This document shows, piece by piece, positions 25,236-37,549 of a stretch of DNA of 64,000 bases. The notes below the pieces were generated by a model. That model was not told where the DNA came from. It was given only the letters and a program-made list of their open reading frames with translations, and ran no database searches. How positions within the stretch are numbered: position 1 is the first letter of the stretch; each line of letters opens with the position of its first letter. Source of the DNA: Eledone cirrhosa (taxonomy: Eukaryota); assembly GCA_964016885.1 (NCBI GenBank), contig OZ024740.1, positions 305,040,001 through 305,104,000 on the forward strand, read 5' to 3'. Made by a program: the position numbers and the translations under genes.

Positions 25236-27112
25236 TTTACGTCCGCTTTTCTCTGCTTGCAAGGGAGGGACGGATCTTATTCAGCACAGCATCTCGCCAC
25301 TTGTCACGGTCCTTCATCATCTCCACCGTGAGCTTCAGTGGTCTGAGGTCTGTTCTCACCACCTCCACCCATGTTTTTCGTGGTCTACCTCTACCACGTC
25401 TTCCTTCAACTGGCATTTCCTGGCACTTTTTCACCCATCGGTCATCCTACATGCGCATCACATGTCATACCGCCGCAGTTTTCTCTCACACACTACATTC
25501 TATCCCTCTCAGACACAGTTTCTTTCTCAACACATATAAGCTGGGTTGTTCACGCACGTTGTCATTTCACATCCAATGGAGCATGCTGCCTCATTTCTCT
25601 CCAGCCGTCGCATATCCTCTGCAGTTGCTGCCCATGTCTCACTACCATGCAGCATCGCGCTCCTCACACAGGCATCATATAACCGGCCTTTCGTATGCAG
25701 GGAGAAACCCTTCATCAGCAGAGGAAGCAACTCCCTAAACTTCTTCCAACCCATCCTTATTCTAGATACTATGGCCTCAGAACACCCCCCTCCCATGCTA
25801 ATCTGATCTCCTAGGTACCGGAAGCTATCCACCACTTCTATAGCACCCACCTAAATTTGAAAAAATGTGTCTATCAATGCGACTTCTACTGTCTAATTTC
25901 CCTGTACATCTACTGCATACGTATTTCTCCCTACCTGTTAGTTTGCCTGCTATCCCATTACATCTCTTGTGTACCCAGGATATGCATTGTGAGCATTTTA
26001 TAGAATTTATGCCAGTTCCTTTTCTGCATATCGAACATGACCATTTCCCTGATGGAATCAGTTTTGTCCTCTTTTCTACTCATCAACACTTTTGTCTTAG
26101 CTAGGTTCACTCTCAGTCCTCTTGCTTCCAACTGCTGTTTCCATAGCCAGAATTTATTCTCTAGCTCCTCTACTGATTCTGCTATAAGAACCAGATCATC
26201 AGCATAGAGAAGTTCCCATAGACAGCCAGTCTTAAACTCCTCTGTTATGGCTTGGAGGACTATAATGAACAAGAGCGGGCTGAGGACCGAACCTTGATGT
26301 ACTCCTACTTGTATCTGGAATTCCTCACTAAACTCCATTCCTACCTTCACTTTACTGACAGCACCTCTGTACAAAGTTTGCACTGTCCTCACAAGCAGTT
26401 TCCTTAGGGACCACCAAATGACAGATTGGGGTACCCTATCAAAGGCCTTCTCTAGGTCAACAAAGGCTAAGTATAGTGGCTTATTCTTCTCTAAGAACCT
26501 CTCTTGTAATTGTCTCACCAAGAAGAGGTCATCTGTTGTACTTTTCCCAGGCACAAAACCAAACTGCATCTCATCTAGTTTGACCCTTTCTCTAATTAGT
26601 TGAGCTAATATCCTTTCTGCCACTTTCATAACCTGATCCATCAGTTTTATACCCCTATAATTGCTCCTCTCCAGAGCATCCCCTTTACCTTTGTAGCAAC
26701 TTATGAGAATACTTCTGCACCAGTCTTAATTGATGATGCGTGCAACCAGTTTAGTGCCTACGTCCCCTGATGCCTTCAGCATCTCAGCAACTATCCCTGA
26801 TGGTCCAGCAGCCTTACCATTTTTCATTTCCTTAATCGCCTCTTGGACCCTATATTCATCAATCTCAATAGCTGGTCCCTCTGTCGGATCTACTGAGGGT
26901 AATTTCTCTCTCTCCCATTCGTTCTCTACATACATCAGTCTCTCATAATGACATTTCCAGGCCTCCTTTTTCTGCTCATTCGTGACACTAAGTACACCTG
27001 TATCATTCCGGACACATTTATCTCCAACAACATCCTGATTTGCATTGACACACTGCCTTGCAATATGGAACAGCCTCTGATCTTCCTGTCGCAGAACATT
27101 GGCAAACCTCCT
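25200..27112 (-). mobile_element. 5'-truncated RTE LINE with reverse transcriptase domain, disrupted
   Basis: KAAGPSGIVAEMLK, QFGFVPGKSTTD, FVDLEKAFDRVP, GVHQGSVLSPLLF, LLYADDLV, FRYLG, GRPRKTW. (GAT)n 3' tail at 25200-25234. Contains stops and frameshifts. Confidence 0.95.
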
Positions 27113-27549
27113 ACTCTCACATACACACATATGCACACATGTTTACATCAGTTGATTAGTTGGAATGTTAACAATTAAAAAGATTATTATTTTCCAGCAT
27201 TTAAAGAATTTTTCCCTCAAATAAACTTTACGACCAGTGAATGCACTTGCAGTATTGCTGCGGGTGATGGTAAGGCTGAGACACTGAAATAACGAAATAC
27301 ATCTTTGATGAGTTGTAGTGCACCTGAGCCCTGTACACAATAATTTCATTAGTATTATTATTACATCTGTGGGCATCACCTGATACATCAGTAAGGTAAG
27401 CAACTAACAATGACAAGAATCTCGCTGTCAGAGGCCTAGCTACCCCAAGCATCTCAAATATCACAGACTGGAAATATAGTTTACTGACAATTCCAGGTAT
27501 TTTTGAATTTTGTATCCAGATAAACAGTATGTTTATACTCCACCCCACC

Positions 27550-27740
27550 AAAAGAATCCATTATGGTGAGTTTGGTACAGGAAATTTACGGGACTATAAA
27601 AGTACTACAAGGATAACCTGAAAGTATTATTGAAAGCCATCAGTTTTGACATAAAATCCTGGAGACAGCTTGCTCTGATCAGGCCCCTGTGACATAGAGA
27701 CATCATCAAAGATACAAAATCCTCACAAGAAAGTATTTCA
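27550..27740 (+). mobile_element. Degenerate RTE/BovB-like 3' fragment
   Basis: RIHYGEFGTG...YKDNLK...SW motif order. Confidence 0.45.
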
Positions 27741-28083
27741 AGGGACATGCACTCAATGGATGTGCGCCTTTGAATGTGCCTCTCTTACTTTAAATTCAAG
27801 CAGTGAAAATTATTTGCAAATTCTGGGCAGTGAGCACCCTGGAATGAAAGCACAGAAAACATGTATACGGAAGTTAATTCCGTGCCAAACTCTGACTCAT
27901 TAGTTATAATACAGAAACATGAAACTCTAACAATGACATAGACAAAGCCATAATTGTCATTGATCTCAGATGATAGATTGCCATAAAATTGTTAAGTAGT
28001 CATCCATGCAAGACACTATTTTCTATTCTGGTTAAAGTAAGCCACAAAATTGGGTTACAGGCCGTGAAACTAAAGTCTCCTGG

Positions 28084-28085
<2 letters not shown>

Positions 28086-28140
<55 letters not shown>

Positions 28141-28150
28141 TATATATATA
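28086..28150. repeat. (TC)n/(TA)n microsatellite
   Basis: Seen directly. Confidence 0.9.
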
Positions 28151-28505
28151 TCTAATATATAAAGTGAAGTTGGGCGCTGTTTGTTTGTTTGGTATCCCGA
28201 ACTTGCAGGCTATACCGTTCATCCGATTTTCATAAAACTTGACACATATATAAAACTCGACCCGTAGATTAACATAGGGTACTTTAAATTTTCGAAAAAT
28301 CGATAATCGGGCCCCTAGAAGCCAAAAATCGATATTTTCAAAAATCGTCCGATTTCGATGAAACTCAACGCAAGTGTGTATTTTGATCCGGGGATGAATG
28401 TGGGCTACATTAAATTTTCGAATTGGATCACCAGAGGCAAAAATCGATAATTACGAAATTTGTCCGATTCCAATGAAATTTGACGTAGGTATGTATTTTG
28501 ATGCT
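28151..28505 (+). mobile_element. 5' portion of a non-autonomous Helitron with internal tandem units of about 120 bp
   Basis: A|TCTAATATATAAAG followed by (TGTT)n and 'ccgttcatccgatttt'. Repeated 'tccgattt...aaa.t...aaattttcga'. No 3' CTAG end is visible. Confidence 0.6.
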
Positions 28506-28775
28506 AACTACAAAAGGTTTTTCCCTCAAAATGAAAGGCAGACTGTATGATGCATGTATATGAACAGCAGTGTGACCTGGTCACAGTATTCTAAGGACCT
28601 GCAAAGATTGGAAACAAATGAAGCTTGCATACATCAATGGATGTCTAATAGTGATATACATGAACAGCAAAGCATAAACAAACTTAGAAAGAAACTAAGC
28701 ATAAGAGGAATTAGATGCTGTGTACAGGAAAAGAGATTGCATTGGTATGGATATGAAGAATGCATATGAAGGTTG
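28505..28775 (+). mobile_element. RTE LINE fragment
   Basis: KG(F)SLKMKGRLYDAC...RLETNEA...KRLHWYG. Confidence 0.8.
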
Positions 28776-29079
28776 CAGCATATATCTAGTATGCACCACC
28801 TTCCCCTCCATCACCCCTTCCATACACCTCCCACGTTGTAACACCCCACTCTGTTACTACTACTTCTTACAAAGAGAGACCTCAATGTGTTTGTAGAATG
28901 AAGATTTGTTATCGAAATTGGCTGAACAGTAGCTAATGGTTTCATTCCAGTGTGAAAATCCAATGTTATAAATTGTGATCAAATTGGATTTCAAAGCTTA
29001 GCATTTGTAACAACCTTAATGATTTTAATTGTCTGTTGGTGGTATGTATAAAGGGTGTGGCAAAGATTGTCTCCTTGAT

Positions 29080-29385
29080 ACATCATCATCATCGTTTTTA
29101 CGTCCGTTTTTTCACACTTGCATGGGTTGGACAGGTCGTTCTCAGCATCGCATCTCTCCACACATTGTTCTCAGCACAGCATCTCTCCATACTTCACAAT
29201 CCTTTGACATCACCTCTGAGAGCCTCAGTGATTTGAGGTCAGCTCTCACAACCTCTGCCCATGTCTTTCTTGGTCTACCTCTACCTCGACTTTCTTCCAC
29301 TGGCATTTCCTGGCACTTCTTCACCCAACAATCATTTTCCATGCACATCACAGGTTTGTACCAATACGGTCTTCTTGCATATATT
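29080..29385 (-). mobile_element. RTE LINE 3' fragment
   Basis: WVKKCQEMPVEESRGRGRPRKTWAEVV with a (GAT)n tail. Confidence 0.85.
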
Positions 29386-30320
29386 GATTCTTTTTGTGCA
29401 GTTGAGAAAGACAAGATTATTATGTTCCTATTTAAAAATCTTTTAGAAGTCTTTTTTCATGGTAGTAGTGCAGTTCTGGCATTGGGTGATGCAGTTCTGG
29501 TATTAGGTGATGCAGTTGTGTGTAGATGATGCTAATGTATTGAAGATTAAAGCGAAGTCAAATCTCATCTGTATAGGAGTATGTCGTAATATTTATTGAG
29601 AAATAACAGAAATATATTTAAGAAACAAATGGAAAATATTTGTTCAAAAACATGTGTTGTTAAATACATAAAGAGAAAATAGCAGCTGGGAAGTAATTAC
29701 AGTTAATAATGTGTTTAGAGGAAAGAATTCTAAAAATGTACATATTGTATATTGAATAATATACTGGATGTTTATGACAAACATTTGAGATCTTTTTGTT
29801 ATGAATTGTTATGGTTATAACCAGCGTCACACACCAGCAAATGCATACAAATTCTAAAAATGTAAGTGTTTTTTTTGTGGGGTAAGGGTGGAGGGGTCAT
29901 TTTAAAAATTCTATGATGTGTAAATACTCTTGGGTCTTGAATAATCATCCCTACCTGCTTATTAATTTTTCAAATTAATAAGCAGAAAGAATTCTATAAA
30001 CAAGTTCAGAATGGGGTCTATAGAATTCTTTCTGCCTTTGTTACTCTAAATATAAATTATAGCTTTAAAGAATTAGCTTTTAATGAATTCCCTTTTCTAT
30101 CAACCAATGAAATCTACCCATCCCACTCCCCAACCTCTCCTACCACCTGAAGAGACCTATAAATAACATATTTATTTTTTGATACCCAGATTCCTGATGA
30201 TTTCTAAAGAATGAAACAGTTCTAGTCCTGTAGAATCTCATCTATATTAAAACTTTTATACTCTGCTATGTATTGAGTACCTTACTTACTGTGGTTACCT
30301 CCGATTCAACCCGGAATAAC

Positions 30321-30350
<30 letters not shown>

Positions 30351-30358
<8 letters not shown>

Positions 30359-30427
30359 ATACTTTGGGAGGGTCATGTTGCCAATAAGAAACACACGCAC
30401 CATGACCCTCCCAAAGTATAACAATAT
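30351..30427. repeat. Perfect 27-bp inverted repeat with a 23-nt spacer, between (TA)n tracts
   Basis: atattgttatactttgggagggtcatg ... catgaccctcccaaagtataacaatat. Confidence 0.9.
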
Positions 30428-30481
30428 CGGTTTCAACACACGATTTCAGATAAAGAATCTTGCTAAACAAATTCAGAAACG

Positions 30482-30528
<47 letters not shown>

Positions 30529-31289
30529 TCTTTGAAATATAACAATTTATGAGTTGTTTTTTTTTTATTTGAGATGGTGATGATCATATTACATGTACCT
30601 CAGCATCAATGTAATAACATTGGATGCCTGCATTTCACTGTCGTTTACAGTTCATCAGCAGTCACTTGTTGCACTTAGTGGTGTAGTTGACTCTTGATGT
30701 GTGATCGATTGTCACACTTCGTGGTGAATTAATTTGTTTTTTCTCTCGCTTTGATCCTATATTTTTTTGCGTTATATTTGAGAGGTGCCTAGCAATAATC
30801 AATTGTATTTGTTTTATGTGTTTATATTTTCTTTCTGTAAGAATTGGGAGCAATATGTAATGTTATTTTATATGAATAAAATTAATAACAGAGTAACAGA
30901 GTTATGTCTCTTGGATAGTATTAACAAAGATTGATAAAAATTGATGATTTCTAACATTAGCGATCGATCGATCGTATTCATCAACAAGATCCTAGACCGC
31001 ATTAGCGCACCTAGTAGAGTGGAACACGTCAAATCAGACCAAGGAAGAGATGTTTCCATTGGTCGTTCCATTGCTGATACTATCTACCGGTCGCACGTCC
31101 TGGTAACTTGACTGGTAATTATTTTATCTACTGAGGAAGAATAATTTTTTTTTCTTGCTCTCGCTTTGATCCTATATTTTGGTGTGCTGTAAGATCGTAT
31201 ATTTTGGTGTGTTTGTAAGTTTCCTAGCAATAGTTAAATGTATTTATTATATGCGCTTATATTTTCATTCTGAAAGAATTATGAACAAA

Positions 31290-31580
31290 GTTGTGACACG
31301 TTCTCTACGTCCAGCTTAGTCGCTTCAGTCACAAACCCCGGTACTGCGGTCCTCAATGAAGAGGAAAGGAAGACAAACAAATACCGAGGATTGTCCGGCC
31401 AATTCCTCTTCGTACCGGTCACCGTCGAGACCTCAGTCGTACTTGCCGAACTCCTCCGCAAGATCGGAACGTCAGCAACCTATCTGAGGAAGGAGACCTG
31501 CGAGGTGGGGTGACTGTTGCAGCGAGTGTCACTTGCCATTGTCCGCGGGAATGCTTTTGCGGTCTTGTCTGCGTAGCGCA
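31290..31580 (+). mobile_element. CRE-clade REL fragment
   Basis: CDTFSTSSL...EERKTNKYRGLSGQFLFVPVTVETS...LQRVSLAIVRGNAFAVL. Confidence 0.8.
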
Positions 31581-31985
31581 GCCCCAACACCGCCGAGAGC
31601 CTAATCACCCCCCCCCCCCCCCCCCCCCACTATTCTTCTGTGGCCTTTGCTTTTCCCTTCCTTTTTCGTTTTTAATTAATTTGAATTTGTAGCAGATGCA
31701 TATTCAATTTGTTTCTATTGTAATTTTATCTCTTTCAATAAATTCTTTGTTAACTTTAAAAAAAATTGTAATTTTATTTATACAAATGTAAATAAATGTA
31801 AGATAATTTTAAAAAAAAGAATAAAATACACATCAAACCAAATCTTGGTTTAATAAATTATTGTTGAACTATAAAATATTATATACCTCGCATTTATAAA
31901 ATCACGTAATGTCTGAGATTTGATGTTTTTGAGCAAGATGCAGTTCGGTCCCTTACATTGTGTCATGAAATCCTTCAATGAAATA

Positions 31986-32346
31986 CTCTCGGTGTCGAAT
32001 AATCCACCCCCATATTTATTAATTTTTCAGATTTTTCCACCACCCCCGCTCTTATTCTACCACTCCACGCTTATTACATTTTGCTAATCTATCTTCGCCA
32101 AAATTTTATTTTAAGTAGTAGCATTCCTGCGGCAATTAATTTTCTTCAGACATTAAAAAACATTATACGTGACAAAAAAAGAAAAATTCCATACGTTATA
32201 AAATAAATAGGGCTGGGATCTCAATATGTAAACTAAACGACTAATTCTGGTTTTTAAAAAATCAAGCAAGACAGCCTAGAAAAATTACCGATTTTTCACC
32301 CCACCGCCCGCTTATACCCACACCCCTATTATTTGGGACCCGAGAG
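31986..32346. mobile_element. Complete Tc1/mariner-type MITE with TA target-site duplication
   Basis: TA|ctctcggtgtcgaataat ... attatttgggacccgagag|TA. Related copies or fragments at about 18456, 21070, 29925, 34651, 42956 and 43430. Confidence 0.8.
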
Positions 32347-32377
32347 TAGGTGGTAGATAGACACGATTATCATTATG

Positions 32378-32548
32378 TGGTGGATTGGCAGTATCAGTAG
32401 AGCGTCGGACAACATGCTTTGTGGCATATAGTTACATCCTTTTACGTTCTGATTTCAAATATCACAAAGGTTAGCTTTGCCTTTCATCCTTACGGGATCG
32501 ATAAAATAAAGCACCAGAAACGCACTGGGGTCGATTTAATCGACTTCC
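32378..32548 (+). mobile_element. SINE family A, 3'-truncated
   Basis: Head 'ggtggattggcagtatcagtag' and core 'gcctttcatccttacgggatcgataaaa'. Confidence 0.8.
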
Positions 32549-32564
32549 TTACAAAATTGTTGGA

Positions 32565-32840
32565 AAGAATATCAGGTGTAGTGTTGGCGAATTTCGGGAA
32601 GTACGGAAGTTTTGAAGGATGTAGTGTTCCGACAGCTAACGACTGATGCAGGTAGTTTGTTCCATGCTTCAGCAACTTTGAACGTAAAAAAATGTTTCCG
32701 AAAGTCATGGGAGCTGTACTGTTTTCTGATTTTGTAAGCATGTCCAAGGATGTTAGACATATGGAATTCTAAAAGGTATCCAGGCAAGATGGTTAATAAT
32801 TTTGTGGGTGTCTACCAAGTTAGTTGCCATGAATCTCAAG
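32565..32840 (-). mobile_element. CR1/L2-group LINE 3' fragment
   Basis: GHAYKIRKQ...FRKHFFTFKVAEAWNKLPASVV matches the CR1-type 'RGH..KL...FFS.RV...WN.LP' pattern. Confidence 0.85.
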
Positions 32841-33049
32841 GGCCCTACCGGCTATGGAAACTTTTCTTCCCAGTCTCTCTAAATTATACATTTTTAAAAA
32901 TCGTGATAATAACACCTGTTTAATCATAGTTATGATTTAACTATAATTAGCAGCCTTGGGGGTAAAAAGAAATAGCTTTAATGCTATAATAGTAAAATTA
33001 ATTTGAAAGTGTGAGGAATCAACAGCCTCAATCACATAATATAATGGTG

Positions 33050-33350
33050 GTATGTAAGTTATTGGCCAGCAATTTTGGGGAGGGGAAAGTTGATTAAATC
33101 GACCTCAGTACGTTACTGGTGCTTTATTTTTATCGACCCCCATAAGGATGAAAGGCAAATGTAATAATTGTTTCTACTTTTGGCACAAGGCCAGCAATTA
33201 CCCCAGTGCATTACTGGTGCTTCATTTTATCGACCCCGTAATGATGAAAGGCAAAGTTAACCTTGGCGTGATTTGAACTCAAACAATAAAGCACCGTAAC
33301 TCTATGCTGCAAAGCATGACATCCGACCCGCTTCTACCGATACTGCAAGA
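33050..33350 (-). mobile_element. Two adjacent SINE family A copies, one partial
   Basis: Two occurrences of 'tttatcgacccc.taa.gatgaaaggcaaa'. Confidence 0.8.
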
Positions 33351-33514
33351 AAATAAGTAACGTTTTATATTTTTGTAATTTTATTATTTATTTCCCTTTA
33401 ACTAACTACGAATTTTTTTATTTAATCAATTATATATAAACATATTATGTCAACTATATTTTACAGACAGAAGTTATACAATGATGAAACTATTTTGTTA
33501 TCTGTTATACATAA

Positions 33515-33699
33515 GGGCGGTGGATTGGCAGTATCAGTAGAGGGTCGGACGCCATGCTTTCCAGCATAGTTACGTCCCTTTACGATCTGAGTTCAAATCC
33601 CGCCGAGGTTGACTTAGCCTTTCATCCTTACGGGGTCGATAAAATAAAGTACCAGTAATACACTGGGTTATTGCTGGCCTTGTGCCTAAAGTAGAAACA
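33515..33699 (+). mobile_element. Full-length SINE family A with 18-bp TSD
   Basis: Flanked by gttatctgttatacataa at 33497-33514 and 33700-33717. Confidence 0.9.
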
Positions 33700-33994
33700 G
33701 TTATCTGTTATACATAAACATATGTCAACTATATTTTACAAACAGAAGTTATACAATGATGGAAATATTGCTTCACTTTTCGATCTCTTTATTTCACTCC
33801 CGCACACACTCTTTGTATTGTTCACACTGCATGGTCCCGTAACTCCTAGTGGAGTCGTAGGGATGCCGTATAGACATACAGCGTTTCTAGGACACTTTTT
33901 AAACCTGGCGAAGACCACCTTTCTCCCGGTTTGAATATAGCAGATTTCAAAGGAAAGAGAGTAGGAGAATGGAAGTGAGAAAGAGATATAGTGG

Positions 33995-34158
33995 AAGAAT
34001 CGACTCCAGTACTAGACTGGTACTTTTTTTATCGACCTTGAATGGATGAAAATCAAAGTTGACCTCGGCGGGATTTGAACTCAGAGAGCAGAAAGCTGAA
34101 ACGAATGCCGCAAAGCATTCTCTCTGGCGTTCTAACGACTCTGCTAATTCACCGCCTG
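33995..34158 (-). mobile_element. SINE family A variant
   Basis: 'atcgaccttgaatggatgaaaatcaaagttgacctcggcgggatttgaactc...ctgctaattcaccgcc'. Confidence 0.75.
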
Positions 34159-34209
34159 TACTCGTTGTTATTTTATCCCTCTTTTATTCTTATTATTTAT
34201 CGATTATTC

Positions 34210-34419
34210 GGTGTGTATTATTATAGTTATACGGGTGTGGATTGGCAGTATCGGTAGAGAGTCGGACGCCATGCTTTCCAGCATAGTTACGTCCTCCCTT
34301 TACAGTCTGAGTTCAAATCCCGCCGAGGTTAACTTTGCCTTTCATCCTTACGGGGTCGATAAAATAAAGTACCAGTAATGTACTGGGTAATTGATGGCCT
34401 TGTGCCAAAAGTAGAAACA
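34210..34419 (+). mobile_element. Full-length SINE family A with 18-bp TSD and about 22 nt of extra 5' sequence
   Basis: Flanked by attatttatcgattattc at 34192-34209 and 34420-34437. Confidence 0.88.
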
Positions 34420-34844
34420 ATTATTTATCGATTATTCTTTCATTTTCGTTTTAATCTCAATTCACTCCCTTGCCGCTTAAATTATTGTCTTTTTTAAAAG
34501 TATACATTGGTTTATATAGTTCTAAATACCCATAAAAACGGGATGGTCAATAACTTTGGCTGATATAGTCGATTAAGTCAAGTAACAGAGTTACTTCCCT
34601 TCTACATTTAGAAGCTACTGATATAAACCCATTAATACTAAACGCCCTGTTACTCTCGGATCCACAATAATAGTGTCTGTAGAGGAGGGGAGGGGGGTAA
34701 AAAATCGGTAATTTGTCTTGGTTGTCTCCCTTGATATTTATTAAAAAATAAAATTAGTCGTTTAGTTTACATATTGAGATAACAACCCATCCTATTTATT
34801 TTATAACATGTGGGATTTCAATCTTGTAATGTTATTTTTTGTTA

Positions 34845-35810
34845 TGTATAATTGGAGCAGGATGTGGTCCGGGCACAGTGACTGCATAAACAGTAGGTTC
34901 AGATGTGTTGTGGAGAACCCTGTTGATGTGGATATGGCAAGAAGTCACAGATGAAAGGAAATCAGACAGGGCCAGTGAGAGAGGAGACAGGAGACCGAGG
35001 CCACCATATCTGATGGGTAAGGTGGCTTGCTGCCATTTGGTGTCATCAAACCAGACATTGCACATATCTCCTCAGCAGCTCATCGGATGCAGATGATGAG
35101 ATCTGTGAGGAGAGACGCTTGGATGTAACAGAGGGCGCTGCGGAAGGTGTATAGGAGCTTCAGCTTGGCAAAGCAATTCCTCAACAGAAAGAGTGCTGGG
35201 TGAATGTAGATCTGGCTCAATCTACTCATCATGGATTCTAGCTGGCATGGTTTGAACCTGAGTGTAGATTGAGTGGCAGGTGGGAGGATCGATGAACTGA
35301 GAATAAATACATCTTCCTTAGGGTCGCCTTTACCTGATGGAATGATGATTGCATGTCCGAGACAGATGCCACAAAGCCCTCTGCATTGTAATTGATGTTC
35401 ATGATCTCTGACTTGGATGAGTTAATCTCAAGACCAATCCTCACCAGAGCAGGTAGCACTGTTTGAAGATCCTGATGGACACGCTCTGTGGACCTGCCTA
35501 TTGTCACATCATCCAGGTACCAGAAGTTGAGAGGAGTGGTGATGCTCTGAGAAATGCTGTCCACCTTCAGAGCAAAGAGGAGGGGCCCCAATGGATTGCC
35601 TGTTGAGGATGGTATGATCTTGTCTGCAGTGAGGACCATGCTCAGAGACCCATATGACATGTAGGCCAGTGGGTAGGCAGATGAGGTTGGCTGAGGTGAG
35701 CCTCGAGCAAGTGGTCATGGCACAGACAGTTGAAGGTGTTTCTCATGTCAAGTTTGACAATGAGATACCTGGAATCACTCGGCACTGGCTTGGGAGGACA
35801 GTTATTGATG
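34845..35810 (-). mobile_element. CRE-clade reverse transcriptase fragment, frameshifted
   Basis: VKLDMRNTFNCL, GNPLGPLLFAL, FWYLDDVTIG, GLEINSSKSE and WQQATLPIRYGGLGL are CRE-type RT motifs. Confidence 0.85.
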
Positions 35811-36197
35811 AATTGGGCAGGACAACCATGCATATGTTTTCAGGATGTAGATTTTTGTGTATATACTGCTGTTTCTATTTATAAATATAGACTTCATTTT
35901 GTTAGCACCATCTTTTGATAAGATAATCTTAAGAGATACAAACTAATTCTAAATTTTCAAACAAATGATAGATTTACGATGCATTAATAAAGTTGTGGAG
36001 TTAATTACCAAAATAAGTAAAAAGCTTCCCCAAAGAAACAATTTTTTGTAGATTTACAATGAGAAGAATATTAAAGTTATTAAAGAACTAAATGTATGAA
36101 ATCCTATTAAAACTATTGATTACAGCTGCTATATGATGATGGAAATATTATATTTGTACTTATGTTAGATCAATATAATTGATACTATACACCAGGA

Positions 36198-36637
36198 CAC
36201 AGATGGGGAACCATTTCATGTTGAAAGGCCGATTAAGTTACTTATAGTATAATAAAGCCGCATTCAAGAAACCATAATGACGGGTGTACTAAATCCCTGT
36301 GGGTTCTCACCAACCAGCCTCAAGAGATAGTGTCACCAGTCAAGCAGGAATTTAACATACATTCTAGAATCACATTAGAACTAAAACATGAGCATAGAAA
36401 GTGCTGAAACGGCCCTTATTATCTACTAATTTTTAAATTCTGGTTGTCTGTCAGTGTGGATTATTTCGTTGAATTCTCTTTTATTCTTTGGAATTTAAAA
36501 TATGTTCATCTTACGGTCTAAATTAAAATAATAAGAGACAAACAAAAACATTAATAAACATTTTTAATTTGTTGGAAATTTTTTATTCTTTCAAAAGGCA
36601 GCACAGAATTGCATAGGTCACAGGTTCCTCATCTCTG
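36198..36637. mobile_element. hAT-like MITE
   Basis: TIRs cacagatggggaacc and the reverse complement cagagatgaggaacc match at 13/15 positions. The 8-bp flanks caccagga and taccagaa match at 6/8. Confidence 0.6.
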
Positions 36638-37549
36638 TACCAGAACATTGCAGGACATTTACTTGTATTCGTTTGATAGAAGACAATTTTTTTTTTGCAC
36701 ATAAGGCTCATCATAGTATCTTTCTATCAATGCATTTTATAGAGGTTAGTTTTATCAGTTCACACCAAGCCCACAGATTCCATGATCAGAGACTTCAAAA
36801 GCAGCTGTCAATGTAGTCATGTCAAAGAAAAAAAGAACCAAAATCCCCAAGCACTCCTCATTCCCAGAAAATATCATTGCACCTCACCCTCCTTAAGCAT
36901 GAGTAGTACATAACTAGAGCTCTTATGATTACTTCCAACAGAGCTTGGACTGCATCTTAAAAACCGGTCTTTCTCTTCAAGGCTATAAAATAATTCTATG
37001 TTCAACAAATATTGATCCTCTACAAATCTCAGTTGAACTCACAACAGACAACTTCTTCATCATAAATTCACATACAGACACTCACAGACATGTTGTCTCC
37101 TCCTCTGTCTCATCTACCACTGCTACAATGGTTTCTCCATCTCACAGCTTACTGGTCTAATGCTATCACTTCTCAGGAATTTTTACTTTACTCATCTCTC
37201 CTCTCATTACTCTTGTTGACCTTCCTTCTAGGATCCACACTCATGACTACTACCAGTCCTTACTCCCTAGAGCATTAGCTCTTTGGATCCCTCTCATGTC
37301 TTTCCAAAAGTAGTGAACTTGCAAACAGTTTTGATGGAACATTAATAGCATCGATTTCTCCAGTCATGAAGTCTGTGATGGCAAGCCATGGGCTTTGCTC
37401 CTTCCTGAAGACCTACTAATAAAACCACTAGACCTACACCACCACCAAACAAAACACTATTATCCTTAGCATCATCACCATTTCCACTTTGTGGACACAA
37501 GAAATCAACTATACTGACTCAATCAACATGTCAAAAGGACACTGGCTGC

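Noticed and set aside
33515-33610. tRNA genes at SINE heads
   Set aside because: A/B-box-like motifs are present, but they run into SINE bodies with TSDs and do not form a cloverleaf.
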